A stretch of DNA of 64,000 nt from an uncultured Bacilli bacterium (lineage in GTDB: Bacteria > Bacillota_I > Bacilli_A > RF39 > UBA660), in assembly GCA_934098735.1 (NCBI GenBank), contig CAKOOS010000001.1, forward strand, positions 157,541 through 221,540, read 5' to 3'. The translations under genes and the position numbers were made by a program. The number at the start of each line of letters is the position of its first letter. Within the stretch, counting starts at the first letter, position 1. This document shows positions 10,562 through 20,787 of the stretch, one piece after another. Below the pieces are notes generated by a model. That model was not told the origin of the DNA and did not search any database. It saw nothing but the letters and a program-made list of their open reading frames with translations.

Positions 10562-11947
10562 ATGAATTGTAAAGATATTTATGAAAATGTTAAATATCTT
10601 GAGCTTTTTAATGCTATAAACTTAGAAATAAACAATGTTACAATAGATACTCGTAAAGTTGTTAGTGGAGATTGTTATATTGGCATTAAAGGTGAAAATT
10701 TTGATGGTAATCTTTTGTATGAAGAGGCTTTTGAAAAGGGAGCTACTTTAGCAATTTTAGAAAATATTACTGTTACAGACAGCTTACGAGAGTATTTAAT
10801 TAAAAACAACAAAAGTATAGTTTTGGTAGAAAATACCATTGAAGCTTTGGGACAAATAGCAAAATATAAACGTAGTTTATTTACTAATCCAGTCGTAGCA
10901 ATCACTGGTAGTGCAGGTAAAACCAGTACTAAAGATATGGTTTATAGTGTTTTAAAACAAAAACTTAATGTAAAAAAAACTATTGGTAATCAAAATAATC
11001 ATATTGGTCTTCCTTTAACAATGATGAAGCTAGATAAAAGCTATGATGCTCTTGTACTTGAGATGGGAATGAATCATCGGAATGAAATAAGTTATTTAAC
11101 TAAAATTGCAAGACCAAATATTGCAATTATAACAAATGTTGGAACAGCTCATATTGGAAACCTTGGAAGTAGAGAAAATATTTTAAAGGCTAAATTAGAA
11201 ATTCTAGAGGGCTTAGAGCCTAATGGAATACTAATAATAAATAATGATAATGATTTATTACATGAATGGTATTTAAATAATAATCATGATTTTAAAGTAA
11301 TTACCGTTGGTATTAAAAATAAAAGTGATTATATGGCTTTAAATATTAAAGAACTAGAAAATGGAAGTTACTTTACTTGCAATGATAATAATTATTTTGT
11401 TCCAGCTCCAGGAGAACATTTTATTTATAATTCTTTAGTAGCAATTGCAGTTGCAAATATTTTTAATGTTTCTTATGAACTGGTTAAAAATGGTATAAAA
11501 GATTTTGAACTTAGTAGTAATAGAATGCATTTAATTAATTTAAATGGGATAATGGTAATTGACGATTCTTATAATGCTAATTATGATTCTATGAGTTATG
11601 CTATAAAATATTTAGGAACATTATCAGGAAGAAATATTGCTGTTCTTGGAACAATGAAAGAACTTGGAGATTATTCTTCAAAAATTCATTTAGATATTGG
11701 TGCATTAATTAGTAAAGAAGAAATTGATATATTAGTTACTGTGGGAGATGAAGCTAAATATATTAATGAAGGAGCTATTCAAAATGGTTTTTCTAAAAGT
11801 AACAGTTATCATTTTGATAGTAACGATGATGTTATAAAATTTTTAAATGAAATTAAGAAAAATGATGATAATATCCTTATTAAAGCAAGTAATTCTTTGA
11901 AATTTAAAGAAATTGTGGAAGGAATTACAAAAAACCAACTTTCTTAA
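10562..11947 (+). CDS. murF: UDP-N-acetylmuramoyl-tripeptide--D-alanyl-D-alanine ligase MurF
   Basis: Mur ligase P-loop ITGSAGKTSTKDM. Mur ligase central and C-terminal domains. AAGGAG RBS before ATG 10562 (track start 10553 is an upstream TTG). Confidence 0.85.
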   Translation: MNCKDIYENVKYLELFNAINLEINNVTIDTRKVVSGDCYIGIKGENFDGNLLYEEAFEKGATLAILENITVTDSLREYLIKNNKSIVLVENTIEALGQIAKYKRSLFTNPVVAITGSAGKTSTKDMVYSVLKQKLNVKKTIGNQNNHIGLPLTMMKLDKSYDALVLEMGMNHRNEISYLTKIARPNIAIITNVGTAHIGNLGSRENILKAKLEILEGLEPNGILIINNDNDLLHEWYLNNNHDFKVITVGIKNKSDYMALNIKELENGSYFTCNDNNYFVPAPGEHFIYNSLVAIAVANIFNVSYELVKNGIKDFELSSNRMHLINLNGIMVIDDSYNANYDSMSYAIKYLGTLSGRNIAVLGTMKELGDYSSKIHLDIGALISKEEIDILVTVGDEAKYINEGAIQNGFSKSNSYHFDSNDDVIKFLNEIKKNDDNILIKASNSLKFKEIVEGITKNQLS

Positions 11948-11960
11948 GTGAAGTTGGTTT

Positions 11961-12356
11961 TTAAATGGATAAAAGAAATGGTATAATCAAACAAATAATT
12001 GATATAGTGAAAAATGTTTTACAATAAAATAGTTCGAGAGGATCAACAATATCTTTTGGGTTATCTGGAGTTATATATATTTTGATTTCACTATTTATTT
12101 TGGGATTAAAAAGAATATTATGATATTTAATTGTATTTTTTATATAATATTCTTCTTTATTTACTATATAGGTGAAATAGTAAGTGTAAATATTTCTCTG
12201 ATATGTTGTGTTTAATGATTTATTGGTGCATAAGCATTTTCCTGGTATTTTATTTTTTGTTTTTTTATATATAAGGAAACTTTTATAAAAGCTTAAAATA
12301 GAAATAGAGAAAAATATTATAAATATTAGTTTTAGATTTTGACTCAATCGTATCAC
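11961..12356 (-). CDS. hypothetical small membrane protein
   Basis: N-terminal and C-terminal hydrophobic helices. No catalytic motif. Confidence 0.4.
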   Translation of the reverse strand: MIRLSQNLKLIFIIFFSISILSFYKSFLIYKKTKNKIPGKCLCTNKSLNTTYQRNIYTYYFTYIVNKEEYYIKNTIKYHNILFNPKINSEIKIYITPDNPKDIVDPLELFYCKTFFTISIICLIIPFLLSI

Positions 12357-12410
12357 CTTAGTTAAAGTTTACGATATTAATTATTTTTTGTCTATTATTT
12401 TCTTTAATAA

Positions 12411-13878
<1,468 letters not shown>

Positions 13879-13884
13879 AAAGAT

Positions 13885-14253
13885 TCATTTTGAAGAATCT
13901 TTTTTGTTTATTCCAAGCATGCCACCAAAGATACTACATAGCAATAAAATCAAATAATAAATAAATGTTGAAAGACTAAAAATATTTTTATTAGTAAAAA
14001 GGTTAATTATAATAAGTATTAAAAGAAATAAACAACCATTTTTTAAACCAGCTATGTAACCTTTAGAAGTAACCTTTTTACCACTTTTTAAGCCAAATAT
14101 GAAAAATGTTAAAAGATTAAATATAAATATTAAAAGATTTGTTATTGTGGAATTTACACCGATTAAGTTTAAAAGACTGCAAATAAATATTAATAAAATT
14201 AGAAAAATAGCATAATATCCTACATATTTAAGTAAATGTTTCAAATAAATCAC
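13885..14253 (-). CDS. hypothetical polytopic membrane protein
   Basis: Three to four hydrophobic helices. Confidence 0.4.
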   Translation of the reverse strand: MIYLKHLLKYVGYYAIFLILLIFICSLLNLIGVNSTITNLLIFIFNLLTFFIFGLKSGKKVTSKGYIAGLKNGCLFLLILIIINLFTNKNIFSLSTFIYYLILLLCSIFGGMLGINKKDSSK

Positions 14254-14316
14254 CTAATAAATAATATGTAGTGATTAAAAAGATATTCTTTTAACCATAA
14301 TAAAAATGGTGATAAA

Positions 14317-14964
14317 ATGGTTCTTTTTACAGTATTATTTAGGACAATATTTTTTTATTTCTTTGTTCTTATATCTTATCGTATAATGGGAAAGAGGGAA
14401 ATAGGGCAACTTGGAGTAATAGATTTAATTGTATCAATATTAATTGCAGAACTTGTTGCTATAAGTATTGAAGAATATAAACAATCTATAGTACTTACAA
14501 TTATTCCTATTTTAGCTTTAGTAATTTTAGAAGTAGTATTTGCTTTTGTTTCAATTAAGTGTCGTAGATTTAGAACTTTATTTGATGGTAAACCTTCATT
14601 AATAATATGTAATGGCAAAATTAATTATAGAGAAATGGTTAAGCAACGTTATTCTTTAGATGATTTATTAGTCAGTTTAAGGCAAAAAGAAATTAGAGAC
14701 ATTGATATGGTTGAATATGCATTTTTAGAACCAAATGGAGAATTATCTGTTTTTAAATACAATTTCTTTAAGATGAAAAGTCCTTATCCGGTGGCTTTGA
14801 TATTAGATGGTAACTTACAAACTAATGTCCTTAAACATATAAGAAAAACTAAAGATTGGGTAGAAAGTGAACTTGCTAAAAAGAATTTAAATGTAAAAGA
14901 TATTTTTTATGCTTTTTATAAAAATAAGAAAATATATATTATCAAAAAAAGTGACGTAGGATAA
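14317..14964 (+). CDS. DUF421 (YetF-like) membrane protein
   Basis: YRIMGKREIGQLGVIDLIVSILIAELVA matches the conserved DUF421 N-terminal region. Confidence 0.6.
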   Translation: MVLFTVLFRTIFFYFFVLISYRIMGKREIGQLGVIDLIVSILIAELVAISIEEYKQSIVLTIIPILALVILEVVFAFVSIKCRRFRTLFDGKPSLIICNGKINYREMVKQRYSLDDLLVSLRQKEIRDIDMVEYAFLEPNGELSVFKYNFFKMKSPYPVALILDGNLQTNVLKHIRKTKDWVESELAKKNLNVKDIFYAFYKNKKIYIIKKSDVG

Positions 14965-15025
14965 AAAATAATACTATGTCTTTTTTTATTTTTATGATAT
15001 ACTTTTTATAGTAGGGTGATTAATT

Positions 15026-16606
15026 GTGAAGAAAGCAATAGATAAAATTAAAAATAATAAAGTTTTATATTTTTTAAGTATATTAATTATTGGTCTTTTG
15101 ATTATATTAGTTTTTAGAATAACTTATGCTTATCTAGCTCCGAGAATATCAAGTGCTTTAGGAAATGTAACTATTGATAGTGATACTGTTGATGATTTAG
15201 ATTTTATTATAGGAGATCCATTAAATATTGATGCAACATCAACTACACTTCCTGAAAATGGAACTAATATTGTTTCTTCTTCAGTTTCAAGTGCATCATT
15301 GACTGCTAATAGTACTAGAAATACTGCTGAGTATAATTATTATTTGTATTTTCAAATTCTTTCCAATAATTTTACTTATTCAAATGGAAGCACTCCAGAA
15401 ATTATTTTAACTATTACAGATCCAAATGGAGATGAAGTAACTAATGTAAGTGGGCTTAATTATGGAACTTTTAGTGGTGTTTCTGGTTTTGATGTGACTA
15501 CTAAAAAAGGACTTTTTACTATTGCTGATAGTTATGCAATTACATCTAATTCAAGTACAAGTGCTACGATTCAAAATTGGACGTTTACTTTAACTTATTT
15601 AAATTTATCTTTTGATCAATCTGCGAATTATGGTCATAATTTGACAACAAAGGTTATAATGTCCCGAAACGAAAGATCAATGGTTTTAGCAAGTTATATT
15701 AAGAAGTTATATACTGGAACTCAAGGAAAAAATTCTATTTATTATCATGATTCTTCACTTGCAAATGGGGCTGGAGATAACTCATATCGCTATGCTGGGA
15801 CAAGTGATAGTGTAAATAATTTTGTTTGTTTTGGATCTAATGCTGATACTTGTCCAAACAATAATTTGTACCGAATTATAGGAGTTTTTGATGATCAAGT
15901 TAAATTAATAAAATATGATTATGCAACAAAAGATATGCTTGGAACGGATGGCGGATATTATTTTTCTGAAGACGATGCTAGCAATGAAGATTTTTATGGA
16001 AAAAGTAAGGGAAATAATTCTTTAAATGATGTGCTTGGCTATCAACGAAAAAATACCACTTCTTGGAGTTCTAGTACATTAAATACAATTAATTTAAATA
16101 CTAATTATGTAAGTTATTTAGGAACAGATTGGGCAAGTAAAATAGCAACCCATACTTGGGTGGTTGGAGGTAATACTTCTAACAATATTTATGATGTTCC
16201 TGTTGCAACCACATACAAAAATGAAATTGTTAATCCGGCATCAAATATTACTTATGATGCTAAAATTGGTCTAATGTATGTTAGCGATTTTGGTTTTGCT
16301 GCATCACAAAATATGTGGACTTCTAATTTAATAAATTATATTATATCAAATAATAGTGATTTAAATTGGATGTATATGGGATTAAACGAAAATACAATTA
16401 CTTTTTATTATGATGAATTAAGACCTTTCTCTTTAACTATTTTGCCAGTAAATAGTACCTTGAAATATGATGAATTTATTAAATTGATTAAGGAGTTAGG
16501 AGGCGATGTTAGTACACCAATACGACCAGTATTTTATTTAAATAATGATGTAAAGCTTGCAAGTGGAACTGGGACAAAACAAGATCCATATCGTCTAGAG
16601 ATTTAA
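15026..16606 (+). CDS. type II membrane-anchored Ser/Thr/Asn-rich surface protein, hypothetical
   Basis: GTG start with AGGGTGA RBS. Single N-terminal TM (VLYFLSILIIGLLIILVF). Long extracytoplasmic S/T/N-rich domain. Confidence 0.5.
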   Translation: MKKAIDKIKNNKVLYFLSILIIGLLIILVFRITYAYLAPRISSALGNVTIDSDTVDDLDFIIGDPLNIDATSTTLPENGTNIVSSSVSSASLTANSTRNTAEYNYYLYFQILSNNFTYSNGSTPEIILTITDPNGDEVTNVSGLNYGTFSGVSGFDVTTKKGLFTIADSYAITSNSSTSATIQNWTFTLTYLNLSFDQSANYGHNLTTKVIMSRNERSMVLASYIKKLYTGTQGKNSIYYHDSSLANGAGDNSYRYAGTSDSVNNFVCFGSNADTCPNNNLYRIIGVFDDQVKLIKYDYATKDMLGTDGGYYFSEDDASNEDFYGKSKGNNSLNDVLGYQRKNTTSWSSSTLNTINLNTNYVSYLGTDWASKIATHTWVVGGNTSNNIYDVPVATTYKNEIVNPASNITYDAKIGLMYVSDFGFAASQNMWTSNLINYIISNNSDLNWMYMGLNENTITFYYDELRPFSLTILPVNSTLKYDEFIKLIKELGGDVSTPIRPVFYLNNDVKLASGTGTKQDPYRLEI

Positions 16607-16627
16607 TGTTAGAAAGGAAATGATTAA

Positions 16628-17575
16628 ATGAAAATATTATGTATAGGTCATTCAAGCTGGGATATGACTGTTCCTGTTGATGAATACCCTGTTGAAAATA
16701 CTAAATATAGATACAATGAAAAACATTCTTCTGGAGGTGGTCCTGCATCTAATGCGGCTTATTTACTTGGAAAATGGGGAATGGATACTGTTATAGCTAC
16801 TTCAATTGGATCTGATGATTTTGGAACTAAAATTAAAAAAGAATTTCAAGAGATAAATGTGAATACTGACTATATTGAAACAAGTTATGATAAAGATACA
16901 TCATTTTCTTTTATTCTTATTAATAAAAAGAATGGTTACCGAACTGTATTTAATGTAGCAACAGAACATCCGCCATTAAAGAAATTAAGTTATGACTTTA
17001 CTCCTGATATAATTCTTACTGATGGTCATGATTATGGTGCTAGTCAAAATGCTATTAGTACATATCAAAATGCTATTACAATTATTGATGCTGGGCGTGT
17101 TACCCCAGAGTTGTTGGAATTATGTAAGTATATTAAATATATTGTGTGTAGTAAAGGATTTGCAGAAACTGTAACAGGTATGAAATTTGATTTTAATAAT
17201 CCTCAAAGCTTGGTTGAAATTTATAATAGACTTCAAAATAAATATCCTAATGCTAATATAGTTATAACTTTGGAAGAACATGGATGTTTATATCAAAATA
17301 ATAATGAAATAAAAATAATGCCTGGATTAAAAGCTCAAGCTGTAGATACTACTGGAGCTGGAGATATTTTTCATGGAGCTTTTACTTATGGAATAGCTAA
17401 TGGATTTGATATGGAAAAAACAATTACTATATCTAATATAGCTGCTGGGCTTTCAGTTACAAAGATAGGTGCTAGAAAGGCAATCCCTAATCTTTCTGAA
17501 GTTTTAGATTATTATGCTGGTAAAGTAAATGGAAATATTCAAAACCCTGCCAATCAAAATGGAAATGTTCAATGA
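16628..17575 (+). CDS. PfkB-family carbohydrate (ribokinase-like) kinase
   Basis: PfkB signature DTTGAGDIFHGAF. N-terminal GG dipeptide region. Confidence 0.8.
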   Translation: MKILCIGHSSWDMTVPVDEYPVENTKYRYNEKHSSGGGPASNAAYLLGKWGMDTVIATSIGSDDFGTKIKKEFQEINVNTDYIETSYDKDTSFSFILINKKNGYRTVFNVATEHPPLKKLSYDFTPDIILTDGHDYGASQNAISTYQNAITIIDAGRVTPELLELCKYIKYIVCSKGFAETVTGMKFDFNNPQSLVEIYNRLQNKYPNANIVITLEEHGCLYQNNNEIKIMPGLKAQAVDTTGAGDIFHGAFTYGIANGFDMEKTITISNIAAGLSVTKIGARKAIPNLSEVLDYYAGKVNGNIQNPANQNGNVQ

Positions 17576-17820
17576 TTACAAGTAATACGCCAAGATTAGA
17601 TCTTCATGGTGAAGTAGTGGCAATGGTAGAGGTTTTGGTAAATCAGTTTATTGAAGATAATAGATTACTAAAAAATGAATATATAATTATTATTCATGGC
17701 AAAAGTACAAATATTTTAACTGAAGAAGTACATAATGTTCTTAAAAAAAATAAGTTTGTTTTAAAATATTATAAAAATAATTGGAATTTAGGTGAAACGA
17801 TTGTGCAAATTAAAGCCTAA
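17572..17820 (+). CDS. Smr-domain small protein
   Basis: LDLHG motif and Smr-like fold pattern. 4-nt ATGA overlap with the upstream kinase gene. Confidence 0.6.
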   Translation: MITSNTPRLDLHGEVVAMVEVLVNQFIEDNRLLKNEYIIIIHGKSTNILTEEVHNVLKKNKFVLKYYKNNWNLGETIVQIKA

Positions 17821-17844
17821 ATTTTTTTTAGTAGAGTAGGAAAT

Positions 17845-17873
17845 TTGACAAATTACTAAATATTTGTTATAAT
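17845..17873 (+). promoter_or_regulatory. consensus sigma-A promoter P1 (TTGACA-17 nt-TATAAT)
   Basis: Exact TTGACA at 17845-17850 and TATAAT at 17868-17873 with a 17-nt spacer. Confidence 0.55.
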
Positions 17874-17923
17874 TTAGCTCCAATGTGGAAATACTATGAA
17901 TGATATGATAAATTTACGCAAAT

Positions 17924-17952
17924 TTGACAAAAAGTGTAGTTTGTGGTATAAT
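17924..17952 (+). promoter_or_regulatory. consensus sigma-A promoter P2 with extended -10 (TTGACA-17 nt-TGgTATAAT)
   Basis: Exact TTGACA at 17924-17929 and TATAAT at 17947-17952, with a TG motif upstream. Confidence 0.55.
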
Positions 17953-17985
17953 GATATTGTTCGAGTAATTAGGGGGTATGGAAAA

Positions 17986-18405
17986 ATGAAAGGATATGTT
18001 TTAGAATACGTCTGTGAAAATGAGTTTAAGAAATTAGAAAGAGCATTAAAAAAATATAATATGCTTGCTTTTAAAAAATTAAACTTTGATTATTATCCAG
18101 CACTTAGAAATGGTAAGTTTGTTGGTGAACTTGTTTCTGTAAATAAGAAAAATGGAACAGAAACTTATGAATTAAAACTTCCAAGTGATAAAATGTTTGC
18201 ACAAATTCATGGTGAAGTTAAACTTGTTTATACTGTTCATAAAAAAGATGAAGTGGTTGTATTAGAAACTATTACTCCTTCAGAAATTTTACTTGAAGGA
18301 CATAGATCTGAACTTACAACTTATAAAGGTATAATGATTTCTAAAGCAAATGCTTCAAAAGATATGTTTAAAATTGATTTGTTAAATATGTTACAAGATA
18401 AATAA
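17986..18405 (+). CDS. hypothetical small protein with RelE/ParE-fold-like C-terminal region (alternative in-frame start at 17896)
   Basis: AGGGGGT RBS 8 nt before ATG 17986. Pattern TYELKL...KLVYTVHKKDEVVVLETI...EGHRSELTTY resembles RelE/ParE core motifs. No adjacent antitoxin-like gene. Confidence 0.45.
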   Translation: MKGYVLEYVCENEFKKLERALKKYNMLAFKKLNFDYYPALRNGKFVGELVSVNKKNGTETYELKLPSDKMFAQIHGEVKLVYTVHKKDEVVVLETITPSEILLEGHRSELTTYKGIMISKANASKDMFKIDLLNMLQDK

Positions 18406-18412
18406 TTGAAAT

Positions 18413-18450
18413 TACTTAAGCTTCGGGGGGTGCTTAAGTTTTTTTATTTT
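18413..18450 (+). terminator. rho-independent terminator
   Basis: CTTAAGC...GCTTAAG hairpin followed by TTTTTTTATTTT. Confidence 0.6.
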
Positions 18451-18464
18451 ATTTTAAAAAAATG

Positions 18465-18493
18465 TTGCACCTGGCTAGTTTTTGTGATAGAAT
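18465..18493 (+). promoter_or_regulatory. sigma-A-like promoter for the tRNA pair (TTGCAC-17 nt-TAGAAT)
   Basis: The -35 and -10 hexamers are spaced 17 nt apart, 13 nt upstream of the tRNA 5-prime end. Confidence 0.45.
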
Positions 18494-18505
18494 TAATATT
18501 GTCAT

Positions 18506-18582
18506 GGACCTCTAGCTCAGTTGGTTAGAGCCCCCGGCTCATAACCGGGTTGTCGAAGGTTCGAGTCCTCCGAGGTCCACCA
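18506..18582 (+). tRNA. tRNA with CAU anticodon, elongator type; resembles Bacillus tRNA-Ile2 (lysidine) more than tRNA-Met
   Basis: Cloverleaf GGACCTC...GAGGTCCACCA. Anticodon loop CUCAUAA. G1-C72 paired, so not an initiator. Encoded CCA. Confidence 0.8.
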
Positions 18583-18589
18583 TTTTTTT

Positions 18590-18674
18590 GCAGGCGTGGC
18601 GGAACTGGCAGACGCGCTAGACTTAGGATCTAGTGGATTAATCCGTGGGGGTTCAAGTCCCTTCGCCTGCACCA
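18590..18674 (+). tRNA. tRNA-Leu (anticodon UAG), class II with long variable arm
   Basis: GCAGGCG acceptor stem. Anticodon loop CUUAGGA. Long variable arm. GGTTCAAGTCC T-arm. Encoded CCA. Confidence 0.85.
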
Positions 18675-18686
18675 ATAAAGAAATAT

Positions 18687-18713
18687 CAATTCTAGAGATG
18701 GAATTGTTTTTTT
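18687..18713 (+). terminator. rho-independent terminator after the tRNA genes
   Basis: CAATTC-N8-GAATTG hairpin followed by a 7-T run. Confidence 0.6.
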
Positions 18714-18744
18714 ATGTGAAAATATTTGACTTTAAATTCATCTA

Positions 18745-19503
18745 GTGTTAGTATATGCCTTGATTGGTGGGAGTTTTATGAGATTAATAATAATATGGTT
18801 TTTATCATACATAACAAGTTTAGGAATGAATTTGGCAAATAATTTAATGATTTATAAAGATGCTGCAGATAATGGATATAAATTTAAAAACACTTTAGAT
18901 AATGATGCTAAAGAAGAATTAGATAATTTAAATAGAAATCCACTTGCATTTATTCCAGGACTTAATATATTAAATGAATTTTTTAGGTTGTTTGCTTATT
19001 CTTATAATAAAAGTGAAGTTTTAAATGATTTATATTATTTTAATGCTTTTGAAGAAATGAATGATGCAGAAAAGAAAATGTATTCATTAAAACCAACTGG
19101 TTTGAATGCTTTTTGTGTTCCTTTTGTTTACAAAAATAGATTGGCTAATGCTTATAAAGTTGAAATTTTAGATGATGTGGGAACAAGTTACATATATTTT
19201 GATTTTTTCTATGATGATAATGAAATTGAAATATTAAAAGCCGAAGGGATAGCAAGCAAATTTTCTAATGAGATGCAAATAAAGATTGTTAAAGATACTT
19301 TAGATGCACTAGAAAAAATAAATAGTAAGAACAATTCTTCGAATGAAATGAAACCAAAAGAAGAAAAGAAAAAAGAACCTAAATGTGAGCTTGCTATAGT
19401 TAAAGAATATCAAATACTTGAAGAACTAAAAAAAATGCTTCTTGATCAAAAAACAATTGAAAATAGCCCTGAAGAAAGCACTAAATTGAAGAGAAAAAGA
19501 TAA
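18745..19503 (+). CDS. hypothetical membrane-anchored protein with Lys/Glu-rich C-terminus
   Basis: One N-terminal TM helix. No recognisable domain. Confidence 0.4.
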   Translation: MLVYALIGGSFMRLIIIWFLSYITSLGMNLANNLMIYKDAADNGYKFKNTLDNDAKEELDNLNRNPLAFIPGLNILNEFFRLFAYSYNKSEVLNDLYYFNAFEEMNDAEKKMYSLKPTGLNAFCVPFVYKNRLANAYKVEILDDVGTSYIYFDFFYDDNEIEILKAEGIASKFSNEMQIKIVKDTLDALEKINSKNNSSNEMKPKEEKKKEPKCELAIVKEYQILEELKKMLLDQKTIENSPEESTKLKRKR

Positions 19504-19745
19504 AAAGCGACAAAAAAATGCACTTTTCACAAAACCAACACTTTTCTTTCACAATAGATTAGTAATATTATTTTCGGAGGCTTGATTAAATTCACTTACT
19601 TGTTTATTGATCATTAACTCTTTTACAAACCTTTCTATAATATAAATTATAGTCTTATAGTTCCTACAATATTAAGTATTAAAGTTTTCTTTTAATATAG
19701 GCAGGTTAGTGATACAGTATATTGCTGTGGATAGCACTCCTTAGA

Positions 19746-19772
19746 TAGAGATCAAAAGATCTCTATCTTTTT
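19746..19772 (+). terminator. perfect 8-bp palindrome hairpin plus T-tract (terminator or attenuator-like)
   Basis: TAGAGATC-AAAA-GATCTCTA followed by TCTTTTTCTTTTCTT. Lies upstream of the putative ireB promoter (TTGCAA-17-TATCAT at ~19783-19811). Confidence 0.45.
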
Positions 19773-19830
19773 CTTTTCTTGCAATTATCGTTGTTTTTTG
19801 CTATCATTAACATGAACTATTCGTGAGCAG

Positions 19831-20082
19831 GTGGTAATAATGAATAAAACTAGTATTTTTAATGTTAAAGAATTAAGACAAGAATTGATTTTAATGACAT
19901 TAAATGAAGTTCTAGAGGCATTGGAATTTAAGGGCTATAATGCTACAAATCAACTAGTTGGTTATTTAATAACGGGAGATTCTAAATACATTACAACATT
20001 TAATTCTTCTAGACAAAAAATTTGTGAGTTTGATCGTAGTGAAGTATTAATGGCAATCATTAATGCTTATTTGGGAAAATAA
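19831..20082 (+). CDS. UPF0297/IreB-family protein (YrzL-like)
   Basis: About 83 aa with the conserved EVLEALEFKGYNATNQLVGYLITGD region. Sits immediately upstream of ruvX, as in B. subtilis. Confidence 0.7.
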   Translation: MVIMNKTSIFNVKELRQELILMTLNEVLEALEFKGYNATNQLVGYLITGDSKYITTFNSSRQKICEFDRSEVLMAIINAYLGK

Positions 20083-20504
20083 TGAGATATATTGGCTTAG
20101 ATTTAGGGACTAGTTCGTTAGGTGTAGCTATAACTGATAAAACAAATACTATTGTTAGTCCTTTAAAATTAATTTCATTTTCTCATGAAGATTATGATAA
20201 TGCTGTTTTAGAAATAACAAAATTAGCCAACTTGTATAATGTAACTAATTTAGTGCTTGGGTTACCTAAAAACATGGATAATTCGCTTGGCTTTGCTGCA
20301 TCACGAAGTCTTAATTTTAAAAAGATGCTTGAAGATAAAGGTTTTAAAGTTTTTTTAGAAGATGAAAGACTTACAACAATGCAAGCAATAAATATTATGA
20401 AAAATAATGGTATGAAAAGAATAAATCAGAAGAAAAAGACAGATGTTTTGTCTGCGGTATTAATACTAGAATCTTTTTTAAAAAGGATTAAATATGAAGA
20501 ATAA
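20082..20504 (+). CDS. ruvX: putative pre-16S rRNA nuclease / Holliday junction resolvase-like YqgF
   Basis: N-terminal RYIGLDLGTSSLGVAITD RNase H-like motif. Confidence 0.85.
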   Translation: MRYIGLDLGTSSLGVAITDKTNTIVSPLKLISFSHEDYDNAVLEITKLANLYNVTNLVLGLPKNMDNSLGFAASRSLNFKKMLEDKGFKVFLEDERLTTMQAINIMKNNGMKRINQKKKTDVLSAVLILESFLKRIKYEE

Positions 20505-20787
20505 ATTGATAATAGAAAATGATGATGATAAAATAGTTTGTAAGCCTTTGCTTAAAATTACGACGGAGGAAGAAGAATATTTTATATATACTAAAAATGA
20601 AAAAAATAATTGTGGTGATACGGTTTGTTATGTTGCTAGTTATAATTTTTTAAATGGCAAACAAACTCTTACACCAATAGAAAATATTGAAACTGTAGAG
20701 TTTTTAGATAGTATTTTATTACAAGTCCAAAGTTTAATAAATAAAAAAGAAAGAGTTGAAAAAAATGGCAAAAAAGAAAAAGAATAA
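20494..20787 (+). CDS. DUF1292 (YrzB-like) small acidic protein
   Basis: Size, acidic composition, and position between ruvX and mltG. Confidence 0.5.
   Translation: MKNKLIIENDDDKIVCKPLLKITTEEEEYFIYTKNEKNNCGDTVCYVASYNFLNGKQTLTPIENIETVEFLDSILLQVQSLINKKERVEKNGKKEKE

Noticed and set aside
18506-18582. tRNA-CAU as an initiator tRNA-fMet
   Set aside because: Positions 1 and 72 are Watson-Crick paired (G-C), and the anticodon stem lacks three consecutive G-C pairs. Acceptor and D-arm resemble Bacillus tRNA-Ile2(LAU). Elongator Met cannot be excluded without a model.
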